Assembly (NCBI GenBank): GCA_030754595.1
Contig: JASLZZ010000050.1
Location: 1-58,283 of the forward strand
Length of the DNA: 58,283 nt
Source of the DNA: Nitrospinota bacterium
Lineage (GTDB): Bacteria; UBA8248
Direction: 5' to 3'
Position numbers and translations under genes: made by a program. Shown piece by piece: positions 11,854 through 22,221 of the stretch; position 1 is the stretch's first letter, and every line of letters begins with the position of its first letter. Below the pieces are notes generated by a model. That model made no database searches, had not been told where the DNA came from, and saw nothing but the letters and a program-made list of their open reading frames with translations.

Positions 11854-13230
11854 ATGTTGGAATGGTCCGATGACCGCTCCGGCGTGCGGGGCACCGGATA
11901 TTCTTTCCCGGTCCTTTCGATCCTTACCCTGTTCGTGGGGTGGGGCCTCTTCGCCGCGCCCGCTGCCATGGCGGCGGTTAGCGTGACAGCCCTCCGGCAC
12001 TTCAGCACCGAGGGCTACACCCGGGTTGTTCTCATCCTGGACCGGGAGTCCCTTAATTTTCGCTCAGGCCGCTTAAAAAATCCGCCACGCCTTTTTGTGG
12101 ACATTCCCTCCGGCCGCCTCCGGCCGGGATTTCAGGTGCCCTCGTTCGACAAAACCAGCATTGCCCGAAAGCTCCGCGTCGGCCGCCCCGGTAAAAACAT
12201 GATGCGTCTCGTAATCGAATTGCGGGGAGGAAAAAACCGCCACAAAATTTTTACCCTTCCCGATCCCAACCGGATTGTGATCGATTTGCGGGAGATCCGG
12301 ATTGCCAGAATGCGTCCGCACCCCTCACAAGCGCGTTCCGGGAAGAGACGTGCTCCTAGGGCGGCTCGCTCCCGGCCCGGCCCGGGAGGCCGGTCACCCG
12401 CCGGCGACGACCGAATTGGGCGTGCGATCCTAGAGGAAGTGGGCAGGAGCCCTGTTCCGGAAGATAAAAAACGGCGATCGCTGAATATGACGGCGCGCTT
12501 CCGGGCAGGCCTCGGCCGCATTGTTCTTGATCCGGGACATGGGGGAAGAGACCCCGGCGCCTCCGGCCTATACGGCCTTGTCGAGAAAAAAGTGGTTCTC
12601 GATATTTCCAGGCGAACGGCCGCGGCGCTTCGCGGTTTGCTTCCCGCAGGGAACACCGTTCTTTTAACGCGCAACCGGGACCGCTTCATCGAGCTTGCCG
12701 ATCGGACATCGTTCGCCAACCGCCACGACGCCGACGTTTTTGTCTCAATCCATCTCAACAGCTCACCGATTCGGAGAACCAGAGGAGTGGAAACCTACCT
12801 GCTGGCCGAGGCCTCTACGCCTCGGGCAATGGCGCTGGCGGCCCGGGAGAGCGGAACCACTGTCAGCCGCCTGAGCGACTTGCAAAAAATCATCAACGAT
12901 TTGACGGTCCGATCGAAAGTGACTGAGTCGCAACTACTCGCCAACGCAGTCCAAAAATCGTCGGTCGCCCGTCTTCGGAAGAAATATCCGGAGGTTAAGG
13001 ATCTGGGCGTGAAGCGGGGCCCCTTCTATGTTCTCGTTGGCGCTAAAATGCCGAGCATCCTTATTGAAATGGCGTTTATCACCAACTCGGGGGAGGCCAG
13101 GCGATTGCGCACGAAGAAATACCGCCATGCCCTGTCCGAGGGAATCGCCAAGGGGATAACGAGGTTCGTAGGTATTTCCGTACAGCGCGCCTCCGGCGCC
13201 TCGCTTATTACCGGAAAGGCCCAGCCTTAG
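11854..13230 (+). CDS. N-acetylmuramoyl-L-alanine amidase with AMIN domain (AmiC-like)
   Basis: AMIN-like RVVL..PPRLFVDI; Amidase_3 LDPGHGGRDPGA, SIHLN and ILIEMAFITN motifs. Confidence 0.92.
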   Translation: MLEWSDDRSGVRGTGYSFPVLSILTLFVGWGLFAAPAAMAAVSVTALRHFSTEGYTRVVLILDRESLNFRSGRLKNPPRLFVDIPSGRLRPGFQVPSFDKTSIARKLRVGRPGKNMMRLVIELRGGKNRHKIFTLPDPNRIVIDLREIRIARMRPHPSQARSGKRRAPRAARSRPGPGGRSPAGDDRIGRAILEEVGRSPVPEDKKRRSLNMTARFRAGLGRIVLDPGHGGRDPGASGLYGLVEKKVVLDISRRTAAALRGLLPAGNTVLLTRNRDRFIELADRTSFANRHDADVFVSIHLNSSPIRRTRGVETYLLAEASTPRAMALAARESGTTVSRLSDLQKIINDLTVRSKVTESQLLANAVQKSSVARLRKKYPEVKDLGVKRGPFYVLVGAKMPSILIEMAFITNSGEARRLRTKKYRHALSEGIAKGITRFVGISVQRASGASLITGKAQP

Positions 13231-13311
13231 CGGAAGGGTAAACCCCTAGCGAAAGGGCCCGGCCTTGGGACGTAATTTCCGATAACAATCGGCTGGAATC
13301 CTGGATCAATC

Positions 13312-14712
13312 ATGCCACTTCCCGTAATCGTCATCGTAGGACGCCCCAACGTGGGGAAGTCCACCCTCTTTAATCGCCTTATCGGCCGGCGGCAGGCCAT
13401 TGTAGAAGCCTCGCCGGGCGTGACCCGGGACCGCCACTATGGCCGGGGGGAGTGGGAGGGAACCCCGTTTCTCGCTGTGGACACCGGCGGTATCACCGAT
13501 GCCGAGGAGGACCCCTTCAGCCCGCTGATCAACCGCCAGGCCGCCGCCGCTATCGAAGAGGGCGATGTGGTGATCTTCATGCTGGACGGCCGCGAGGGGG
13601 TGACTTCGGCGGACGAAAATATTGCCGGGATGGTGCGGGTTACCGGGAAACCGGTCCTGCTCGTCGTTAACAAAACTGACGCAAACCAGGCGCGGGAGGG
13701 AGTTTGGGATTTTTTCGGGCTCGGCCTGGGCGAGCCACGTAGCATCTCGGCCGAGCATGGCGCGGGCGTAAGCGATTTGATCGATGAGGCGCTGGGAATG
13801 GGTCCCGGAGAGGAGCCCGAGCCTTCCTCCGGGGACGGGGAGATCCGTGTCGCTGTCGTCGGCCGGCCCAACGCCGGCAAATCCTCGCTAATCAACTCCC
13901 TGCTGGGCGAGGAGCGCATCCTCGTCAGCCCCGTTCCGGGGACCACCCGCGACCCGATCGACTCTCTTTGCCGCCAGGGAGAGACCCTCTATCGCTTCGT
14001 GGACACCGCCGGAATCCGGAAAAGGGGAAAAGTCGGGAACAACAAGGCCGATGTCGTGAGCATGATCCTTGCCTTCAGGAGCATCGAACGCGCCGAAGCC
14101 GTCTTGTTGGTGGTGGACGCAACCGAGGGACCGAAGGCCATCGACGCCCATATTGCCCGGCACATCGTCGATTCGGGCCGCGCCTGCGCCGTATTGCTGA
14201 ACAAATGGGACCTGGTCGTAAAAGACGAGAAGAGCTTCGATGAAAACGTTCAGTTGGTTCACCGGAAACTCATTCACATCGATTTCGCGCCCGTGGTTTC
14301 AATTTCCGCGCTGAGCGGGCAGCGGACGGACAGGATTTTCGGCCTGATCGACCTGATTATCGCTTCCCACCGCCGCCGCGTCTCGACCGGAAAGCTCAAT
14401 CAGGCGTTCAATCGTTGGACGAGGGAGCATCCACCCCCCTCAGGCCGGACCGGCCGCCGCCCCAACCTTCTCTATGCCACCCAGGCCTCGGTCGCCCCGC
14501 CTCAATTCGTCGTTTTCGCCTCTCGGGCAAAAAACCTGCCCGAGGCGCAATACAGCCGCTTCATCGAAAACCGTTTGCGCAAGGAATTCGATTTCGAGGG
14601 GACGGCGGTTCGCGTGAGCTTCAGGAAACGTATGTTGAAAAAAGGCAGCGGCGGCGCCAGGCGGGGAAGGGGAGAGAAACCCAAGAGCCGTCCTTTCCGG
14701 CAAAAGCGCTGA
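13312..14712 (+). CDS. der: Ribosome biogenesis GTPase Der (EngA)
   Basis: Two G domains: GRPNVGKS/DTGG and GRPNAGKS/DTAG; C-terminal KH-like domain. Confidence 0.97.
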   Translation: MPLPVIVIVGRPNVGKSTLFNRLIGRRQAIVEASPGVTRDRHYGRGEWEGTPFLAVDTGGITDAEEDPFSPLINRQAAAAIEEGDVVIFMLDGREGVTSADENIAGMVRVTGKPVLLVVNKTDANQAREGVWDFFGLGLGEPRSISAEHGAGVSDLIDEALGMGPGEEPEPSSGDGEIRVAVVGRPNAGKSSLINSLLGEERILVSPVPGTTRDPIDSLCRQGETLYRFVDTAGIRKRGKVGNNKADVVSMILAFRSIERAEAVLLVVDATEGPKAIDAHIARHIVDSGRACAVLLNKWDLVVKDEKSFDENVQLVHRKLIHIDFAPVVSISALSGQRTDRIFGLIDLIIASHRRRVSTGKLNQAFNRWTREHPPPSGRTGRRPNLLYATQASVAPPQFVVFASRAKNLPEAQYSRFIENRLRKEFDFEGTAVRVSFRKRMLKKGSGGARRGRGEKPKSRPFRQKR

Positions 14713-14723
14713 CTTTTCCTGAT

Positions 14724-15512
14724 CTAACTCCTGTCTTTCGGCGGCCGCTTTTCGCCCGGCTCTCCATCAACGAAAATATCGTCCACACGCTCGGGGTAGA
14801 AGGCCAGCAGACCTCTGATTTTCGGACATTCCGGTATCGGGTTCGGGTAGCTCCAAACGATATCCTCGAAAACCTCTCCGCCCAACTCGGCCGACCAATA
14901 CACCGCGGTCCCCTTGTAGGGGCAAACGGAAGTGCGCTCGGTTTGGGTCAATATCTCCATCCGAACATCTTCCCCGGGGAGGTAGTAGCGGGGCGGCAGG
15001 CCCGTTTCGAATAGAATATGAGGGCGGCGGCTTTCGGCAATTGTCTCTCCCGCCAGTACAACGCGGATATGGCGCGAGCTTTTCAGCACATCGACCCGCT
15101 TGTAGGGGTCCCTTGGGTGGAGGAATACCTCCTCGTCCTCTTCGTACCATGCGTCCAACCGGTTCCAGTAAAAGGCGATATATTTCGAAATCTCGGGAAC
15201 GCTTTCGATGGGGTTCTCGTAGCTCCAAACCGCGTTTTCGGCCGTCCGGTCCCGGACGGTAAGCGTCCAATAGGACGCATCTCCCTTTACGGGTCAGTGG
15301 GTGCTGTTATCGGTCCGCTCCATGAGATCCATCCGGACCTCCTCGCGGGGAAAATAATAAACCGGGGTGTGCCATGCCTCGCGCATTAACAAGGCTTGTC
15401 GGCTGTCGGCGATAGTTTCACCCCCAAAGAGCACCCGCACCCTCCTGGGGCACACCTCGTTGTGGACCCAATGTTCCTCCTCCGCGCTAATTCCAGCCGG
15501 CCTAGGCGCCAT
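14724..15512 (-). CDS. Tandem DUF427 protein, probable selenoprotein (in-frame TGA at 15296-15294 = U73)
   Basis: ORFs 15294..15566 and 14724..15158 are in one frame, joined across a single TGA: STH-U-PVKGDASYW, while the second domain reads TSV-C-PYKGTAVYW. ATG at 15512 has a GGAAGGGAG RBS. Confidence 0.85.
15263..15278 (-). promoter_or_regulatory. Candidate SECIS hairpin for the DUF427 gene
   Basis: GCGTCC-TATT-GGACGC stem starts 16 nt after the UGA; a second hairpin CCGTCCG-GGAC-CGGACGG follows. The first loop lacks the G typical of bacterial SECIS loops. Confidence 0.45.
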
Positions 15513-15932
15513 TATCCGTCTCCCTTCCGCAAGTGAATTGGTTATCTTCGGGACACTCATATCCAAATAAAAGGGTATTGGGCAACCACGCTGGATCAGG
15601 TGGCCGAATTAGCCAGTTCCGCGGGCGGGGAGTCATGCATTCGCCACATAGGGCAGGGGGGGAACCTCTCCAATTTCCCATTACCTTTTCCCGCCTGCAC
15701 CCAGCACCGTTCCCATTCAGAAAAAAGCGATGAGTATCAATTGTTTATGGCATCAAAAACTTGAAGCCTAGCTTTAAGCACCCACCTCCAAATCTTTCAT
15801 TATGATTGACAAAATAGGTATTCGAATGGCACGATTACTTCAGGTTTATTCTAGATATAAGGGTTTGCGATTCTTTATGACACACTGGGTTTTTTCTCCA
15901 CTCATAATTCGAAATTAAAGGAGTTCATTTTT

Positions 15933-18023
15933 ATGGCCGCGCTGGAGGTAGGGGCCCTTCGAAACGTGGGCTTTTTGGGCGAAGGAGGCAACGGGAAAAC
16001 TTCTCTTGTCGAGGCCTGCCTTTTTACCGCAGGAAGTACGGACCGGCAGGGAAAGGTCGATCAGGGCAATACCATCCTCGACGGAGAACCCGAAGAAATA
16101 AACAGAAACTCCTCGATAACCGCCGCCGTCAGTTTCGCCGACTGGAATAAACACCATCTCAACCTTTTGGACACTCCTGGCTACTCCAATTTCATCGCCG
16201 AAACCGTAGCCTGTATCCGCGCCATGGATAATTCCGTCATCGTGCTGAATTCCCATGACGACCCCAAGGTCACGACAGAGAAGGTATTCAGCTGGGCGGG
16301 CGAGGAAAAAATTCCCCGTTTTATATTCGTCAACCACATGGACCACGAACAGGCCGATTACCTCGGCGCATTGCAAAAAGCGGAATCCCTTCTCGGCACC
16401 CGGGTGGCGGCGCTCCAGTTGCCCATCGGGAGCGGAGAGGATTTCCGCGGGGTAGTGGACCTGGTCTTGGGAAAGGCGTTCACATACAAGACGGACGAGA
16501 GCGGCAAGGGCAGCGAGGAGGATATCCCCGCCGAGCTTGCCGACACCTATGAGGAAATGCGGGGAAAACTAATCGAATTCGCCGCCGAGGCCGACGAGGC
16601 GCTCTTGGAGAAATATCTCGAAGGAGAAGAATTGACATCCGATGAATTCGTCGGTGGATTAAAGCAGGGAATCTTGGAAGGTTCCTTTCTTCCCGCCCTT
16701 TGCGGATGCGGGGTGAAAAATATTGGGACCGACGCCCTTCTCGATGCCCTGGTTAAATACGGCGCCTCTCCGGACGTCAGGTCCTTTGTCTCGGCAAGCG
16801 CGGGCGAGGACAATGAGATTGCCGTAGAAGCGGACCCTGATGCACCGTTCAGGGCATTGGTGTTCAAGACCGTTGTGGATTCATTCGCCGGAAAATTGAA
16901 TATATTCAGGGTGATGTCCGGTTCGATATCCGCCGACTCTTCGGTCCTGAACCCCAACAAAGACGAAAAGGAGCGGTTGGGGGCACTCGTATATATTCAG
17001 GGGAAAAATCAACAACCCGTTTCCGGCAATCTTGTACCGGGCGATATCGCGGCGGTGGCTAAACTCAAGGTCACCGAAACCGGCGACACCCTTTGCGACG
17101 AAAAAGTCAGCGAAAAGTTCAATTCCATCCAGTACCCGACCCCGGTGATTTCATATGCCATCGCTCCCAAGAGCAAAGGAGACGAGGAAAAACTCAGCAC
17201 CGCCCTGAAGCGAATGCAGGATGAAGACCCCGTTTTGACCACCGGCAGGGATACCCAAACCAACGAGTTGCTTCTTTCGGGCCTGGGCGTACTCCACATC
17301 GAGGTCGCCATCAATCGCATCAAGCGAAAATACAATGTCGAAGTTGAAATGCGAACTCCTCGCGTTCCCTACAGGGAGACCATCAAGGGCAAAACCAAGG
17401 TTCAGGGGCGCTATAAGAAGCAAACCGGCGGGAAGGGACAGTTTGGCGATACGTGGCTCGAGATTGAACCGCTTTCCAGGGGCGACGGTTTTGAATTTAT
17501 CGATAAAATCGTCGGCGGGGTGATTCCCAAGACCTACATACCGGCCGTCAAGAAGGGGATTGTCGAGGCAATGGAAACCGGCGCCCTCGCGGGCTATCCG
17601 GTTACCGACCTCAAGGTGACGCTGTTCGACGGAAGCTATCACAATGTCGATAGCTCTGAGATGGCGTTTAAAATTGCCGGTTCGATGGGTTTTAAAAAAG
17701 GTGTGGCGGGTTGTAAGCCCACTTTGCTCGAGCCCATCATGAACATGGAAATTACCGTTTCCGACGATTACATGGGGGACATTATCGGTGACATGAATTC
17801 AAGACGCGGGCGGGTCATGGGAATGGACCCCGCTCCGGGCGGCAAACAGACCATCCGGGCGCAGGTGCCAATGTCGGAGGTGCTTAATTACGCTCCCTCG
17901 CTCCGCTCTATGACCCAGGACCGCGGCGATTTCTCGATGGAGTTTTCCCACTACGAAGAAGTTCCGGGGCAGATGGCCGAAAAGGTGATTTCGGAGGCTG
18001 TCGCCGCCAAGGAAGAGGAATAA
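15933..18023 (+). CDS. fusA: Elongation factor G paralog (EF-G2-like)
   Basis: 696 aa five-domain EF-G (KKQTGGKGQFG, DGSYHNVDSSEMAF, LLEP) with divergent G motifs; not in an rpsL-rpsG-tuf context. Confidence 0.88.
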   Translation: MAALEVGALRNVGFLGEGGNGKTSLVEACLFTAGSTDRQGKVDQGNTILDGEPEEINRNSSITAAVSFADWNKHHLNLLDTPGYSNFIAETVACIRAMDNSVIVLNSHDDPKVTTEKVFSWAGEEKIPRFIFVNHMDHEQADYLGALQKAESLLGTRVAALQLPIGSGEDFRGVVDLVLGKAFTYKTDESGKGSEEDIPAELADTYEEMRGKLIEFAAEADEALLEKYLEGEELTSDEFVGGLKQGILEGSFLPALCGCGVKNIGTDALLDALVKYGASPDVRSFVSASAGEDNEIAVEADPDAPFRALVFKTVVDSFAGKLNIFRVMSGSISADSSVLNPNKDEKERLGALVYIQGKNQQPVSGNLVPGDIAAVAKLKVTETGDTLCDEKVSEKFNSIQYPTPVISYAIAPKSKGDEEKLSTALKRMQDEDPVLTTGRDTQTNELLLSGLGVLHIEVAINRIKRKYNVEVEMRTPRVPYRETIKGKTKVQGRYKKQTGGKGQFGDTWLEIEPLSRGDGFEFIDKIVGGVIPKTYIPAVKKGIVEAMETGALAGYPVTDLKVTLFDGSYHNVDSSEMAFKIAGSMGFKKGVAGCKPTLLEPIMNMEITVSDDYMGDIIGDMNSRRGRVMGMDPAPGGKQTIRAQVPMSEVLNYAPSLRSMTQDRGDFSMEFSHYEEVPGQMAEKVISEAVAAKEEE

Positions 18024-18047
18024 TCTCCGCCTGAAGGGAAGCTCGAT

Positions 18048-19223
18048 ATGGCTGCAAAAGGAGCTAATCTACTCGACGACGACGACGATTCAGAAGATGC
18101 GTCACTGAGTGATTTCGACGATGACCTCGACAGTGAACTAGGCTCATCCTCCGGCTCCTCGGGCGGAAAAAGTGGAGGAGGCCTCATCCGGAAGATTGTC
18201 ATTGCGCTTGTCGTCCTCGTTGTCCTCGGAGGCGGCTCCTGGGCAGGACACCAATTTTGGTGGGTTCCAAGACAAATTCAGGCCCAAAAGAAGATTGAGG
18301 CCCAAAAACGGCTCGAGGAGCTGAAAAAACAACGCCGCGAACAAGCCAAAACGGAAAGGGCGCGCCGGAAAAAAGAGCTCGCTCTTCTCCAGAAAATGCA
18401 GGCCGACAAAAAAGAGGAAGTAAAGCAAAGCGCGCAGCAGGAACCCGAAATAAAAGAACCTGAACCCCCGAAAGCCGTGGCGGCCGTTGAGGTAAGGAAG
18501 CCGGAAAAGGCGAAAAAAGAGCCGGCGTCGCTGCCTAAAACCCGCTCGAAAGCCGTGAAGAAGCCTGCCGTGGTGGCCATTCCCGAAAAAAAAGTCGAGG
18601 CGCCCGAACCGCGCCGGGAGCCCACGCCTCGCCGAATGGCGAGAGCTTCTTCTGTGCCTAAACCCAAGGCGGCGGTTACGCGAAAGAAGAGGCCCCTCGT
18701 CAAGTCAATAATCGCCCGCGCCCCGAAACGCTTGGCCAAGGTGACTCCTGGAAGTTATTTCAGTATTCAGGTGGCCACCTGCAGGACGGATAAATGCATC
18801 AAATCGTTTGTGCGCAACCTTCGGGCGAAAGGATTTAAACCGTTCGTAAGCGGAGGCAGCCGGGTTTCGCCTTTGGCGCAAACCGAAGTTCTACTTGGTG
18901 ATTTCGCAAGCAAATCCGCGGCCGCGGCCATGGCATCGAAGGCTAGGGGAAAGAGGGTCCGGACCACGGTATATAAGAGTGGATCGAAATGGGTGGTGTC
19001 GGCCGGAAGGTTCACCGACCTCGAGGATGCCGCTCAACGCCTGGATCAGGTGGAGGATTCTGGTTTTGTGGGCCGGCTCTCCGCGAGCAAGGCGGTTGCG
19101 AAAAAATCCAACCTTCGAACGGTTCGAATTGGAAGAATGGCAAAAAGGCAAGATGCCGTCGCGATGTTGGCGCGCATCAACCGATCAGGATTTTCCGGAT
19201 CCTACGTCGTCCGGCGGAAATAG
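18048..19223 (+). CDS. Membrane-anchored SPOR-domain protein
   Basis: Acidic N-terminus, one TM segment, coiled-coil and Pro/Lys/Ala linker, C-terminal SPOR-like repeats (YFSIQVA, VRIG..RQDA..L...GF). Confidence 0.75.
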   Translation: MAAKGANLLDDDDDSEDASLSDFDDDLDSELGSSSGSSGGKSGGGLIRKIVIALVVLVVLGGGSWAGHQFWWVPRQIQAQKKIEAQKRLEELKKQRREQAKTERARRKKELALLQKMQADKKEEVKQSAQQEPEIKEPEPPKAVAAVEVRKPEKAKKEPASLPKTRSKAVKKPAVVAIPEKKVEAPEPRREPTPRRMARASSVPKPKAAVTRKKRPLVKSIIARAPKRLAKVTPGSYFSIQVATCRTDKCIKSFVRNLRAKGFKPFVSGGSRVSPLAQTEVLLGDFASKSAAAAMASKARGKRVRTTVYKSGSKWVVSAGRFTDLEDAAQRLDQVEDSGFVGRLSASKAVAKKSNLRTVRIGRMAKRQDAVAMLARINRSGFSGSYVVRRK

Positions 19224-19244
19224 ATCGGCACAGGAGGAAGTGGG

Positions 19245-19664
19245 GTGGCTGAAGAAGCGAACAGCATGACGCGCCCAGAAATCCCCGACAAGCTTTTCTT
19301 CAAAATCGGCGAAGTTGCGCAGCTGACAGGTACAAAACCCCATGTTCTGAGATATTGGGAGAGCGAATTTAAAATGCTCCGCCCGGCGAAGGGGGAATCC
19401 GGCCAACGGATATACCGCCGGAAGGATGTTGAACTGATCTTCTCGATCAAACAGTTGCTCTACGAGGAAAACTTCACCATCGCCGGAGCGAAGAAACAAC
19501 TCCAGAAGAAACGCTCCCAGCGCGCGGAAACCGCCCGCACCGCCGCGCCGCCGCGCCCCCCCGAAGAAGAGACCCCTCAACCGGGTCTTTTCGGAAGTCA
19601 AAGCAATTCCGATATCGAACAGGTCCGCAAAGAGTTGACCGAGCTCCTCGATTTCCTGAAATAA
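19245..19664 (+). CDS. MerR-family HTH transcriptional regulator
   Basis: [40 protein letters not shown] motif set. Confidence 0.92.
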   Translation: MAEEANSMTRPEIPDKLFFKIGEVAQLTGTKPHVLRYWESEFKMLRPAKGESGQRIYRRKDVELIFSIKQLLYEENFTIAGAKKQLQKKRSQRAETARTAAPPRPPEEETPQPGLFGSQSNSDIEQVRKELTELLDFLK

Positions 19665-19897
19665 AGGGCTCTGGTCCCGCTCAATCAAGCGGATATGCCG
19701 GATTTCATGCCCGGGCGGCCACATTGAGCTGCCGTCCTCGCCTCGGTCCCGCAATTCCCACGGCGCTTTGACCTCGGGGGCGGAATTTGGGTAAAAGAGG
19801 GACCGCACAACCGGAGTTCCCGCCGCCAGGAGACGATAATTCGCCGGGGCGCGGAGCGAAAAAGTTCACCACCAGATAACTCTAAGGACTCTTCCAG

Positions 19898-20572
19898 ATG
19901 GCGCGTTCGTTTCGAAAGGAAATTAAGGAGCCCGACTCCTTTCAACTTTTTGCCGAAAAGGCAGTGGATTGGTATCAGAGCAACGCCAGGGCCGTACTGG
20001 GGAGCGCAGTGGCCGTGGTGGTCGTCGTGGGCGCAATCGTGGGCTACATCGTCTGGTCCGCCCAGGTCCGGGAGCGGGCGGGAATCGCCCTGGCAATCGC
20101 CGAGACGGCCTCGAAGAACCCGCTCAGCCCCGAGACCGAAAACGCGCTGAGATTGGCGGCGGACGGCTACCCGGGGACAAAACCCGGGATTATCGCCAGG
20201 CTTCGTCTGGCGGCGCTCCTGGCCGAGCGAGGAGATACCGCCCCCGCCGAAAAGGAGTACCGCCGGCTTCTCGAAGAGGAGAAATCCCTCACCGAGACCG
20301 ACCGCGAGATTGCCCGGCGCGGCCTCGCGGGCAGCTTGGGCCTACAGGGGAAATGCGCCGACGCCGTCCCGATCTGGCGGGACATTCTCGCCAAGGGAAG
20401 CATTCTGGCGGCGGAGAGCCTCTATCTCTCCATCGGGGGATGTCTCGAGGAGACTGGCCGCTACGGGGAGGCCCTCAAGGCCTACGAGGAGCTCATCCAG
20501 AAGCACCCGTCGAGCCCGTACATCACGTCCCGCCTGAGGGCCCAGATGGCGCGCCTCGGTGGCGGGAAATAG
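19898..20572 (+). CDS. Membrane-anchored TPR protein (YfgM-like)
   Basis: RKEIKEPDSF N-terminus, single TM segment, TPR-like helices ending YEELIQKHPSSPY. Confidence 0.8.
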   Translation: MARSFRKEIKEPDSFQLFAEKAVDWYQSNARAVLGSAVAVVVVVGAIVGYIVWSAQVRERAGIALAIAETASKNPLSPETENALRLAADGYPGTKPGIIARLRLAALLAERGDTAPAEKEYRRLLEEEKSLTETDREIARRGLAGSLGLQGKCADAVPIWRDILAKGSILAAESLYLSIGGCLEETGRYGEALKAYEELIQKHPSSPYITSRLRAQMARLGGGK

Positions 20573-20635
20573 ACGCTAGCGCTTCTCGGGCCGGTGCCGG
20601 GTCGATACCCGGTAATATCCATGCAATACCCCTAA

Positions 20636-20663
20636 CGACACGATAATATATGTTATGTCAAAT
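20636..20663 (+). other. dif-like site (XerC/XerD chromosome dimer resolution)
   Basis: CGACACGATAA-TATATG-TTATGTCAAAT in 11-6-11 layout; right arm matches the E. coli XerD arm TTATGTTAAAT at 10/11; intergenic. Confidence 0.8.
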
Positions 20664-21596
20664 AATACGTATCCCAAGACGGGCCCGTAAATACGGCCGA
20701 TTCGCCAACCTCGGATACCCTCCCGGCTGGCTCGCCCCATGCCCGAATCATTCACCCGGCATTCGGCAACCCATGGCGGAAAACCACTCCCCCGGTTGCG
20801 GGCCATCGCACCCACCGAACGAGTATTAATCCCCCCACTATTTCTCCGGATAGAAATCCCCCGTATGTGACCTAGACCGTACACATCGGAATGCAGATCC
20901 CCCGCATGGAAATTCGTCTGGCTTTAAACCACAGACCTAAACACCGGGATGAGTCTCAACCGCCGAGGAACTCTCTTGGGCGCTCTAGTGAATTTCCGGT
21001 TTTCAGCCCCCGCTTGAATATTGATATTCCAGTAATTGCCTCCACAGATGGCCTCTCATGGCCCATCCGCGCCGCTCCAGCGGCTTGGGGCCTCATTATC
21101 GGCATTATTGGGGTATTGAAATGCGGGGATTTCCACCCGGGGGATTTCCGCTCTGGGGATTTCCCATCAACTCCGGCTCGCGGACCAGCTTGCGGCCAAC
21201 CCGCGGACCCAGAAATCCCCCGAATTCACACACCGGCTTTGGCCGCCCCGATCATGGCTGATCTGTATGGCTGTCCCGGCCTCTAGTTTGGCCTGGCCGC
21301 GGTTTTGTTCTCCGCGCCCCTTGACCTCGAAACTACTTTATAAGCACTATTTCCACGGATTGTAATTCAAATGGTTATGGCGAATTTTTTATGTAGATTC
21401 GAGCTATCGGCAGGGCTTGCCAAATACTCGCCCCTGGTGCTTTGAGAGCCGCGCTACCCGTCCGGGACGGGACAGCCTCCCGGCTGGTGCAAACCCCGGT
21501 CCGGGACGGACCCCAAGCCGGCCAGGACAGCCTCCGGGCACTGAAACAGTCTACCGGCCAGGCCCCCCGTCCAGGACTGACCCCGTGCGGAAGTAC

Positions 21597-21908
21597 CTAG
21601 CCGTACATCTTCGCCGCCCGCTTGATGTCCGGCGCCGCCTTCTCGAGGTCGGCCGGAATCATCGCCGGCACGATATCTACATTCGCCTCAAAAGCGTGGA
21701 ACCAGGGCTCGGCCACCCTCGGAATCTCCGCCGCATCGTCGATATGGAAGATAATCAGACCCGCCCGCTCCCCGTTCGCGGTCGTGAAATACGCCGCCTC
21801 GGGCTCCAATTGCTCCAAAATCTGCCCGATCGTCTTTCCGAGCGATCCGTCCGCCGACATCTCGTTGGCGATCTCGACCGACAACTCCACCTTCATCAAA
21901 AAACGCAT
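21597..21908 (-). CDS. Small ferredoxin-like-fold protein (DUF3303/GYD-like)
   Basis: MRFLMKV...PEAAYF...G.R.G.IIF...IPRVAEPWF...PAM...DL pattern; GGAGGAG RBS. Confidence 0.7.
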   Translation of the reverse strand: MRFLMKVELSVEIANEMSADGSLGKTIGQILEQLEPEAAYFTTANGERAGLIIFHIDDAAEIPRVAEPWFHAFEANVDIVPAMIPADLEKAAPDIKRAAKMYG

Positions 21909-22221
21909 GAGACTCCTCCTTCTTGGCCCTGTGGGCCTTTTGGCCACCTGGCCGCGATTGGGTTGATTCGCAGGATTTTAAGGGCGGATGCGGGATTTTA
22001 GCATATGGGAGCGCCTCCGGGCAGGCGCAGGAGCCACGATCCATTACTCCCAATTCCCCAGCCCTAAAGCTACAAAACGCCCTACTCCAACCCAAGAAAA
22101 GCTGGATGGATTATATAAACAGAAAATATGCCGAACGGCAGGAAAACCCTTATCCCTGATATTCCGGGCAACCGTGGAATCGTTCCATGACCAGTATTCA
22201 GGAGAGCAGACCAGTGGAAGA

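Noticed and set aside
15828..15843. Sigma54 promoter upstream of the EF-G paralog (TGGCACGATTACTTCA)
   Set aside because: The -24 element is perfect but the -12 GC is missing at the required spacing.
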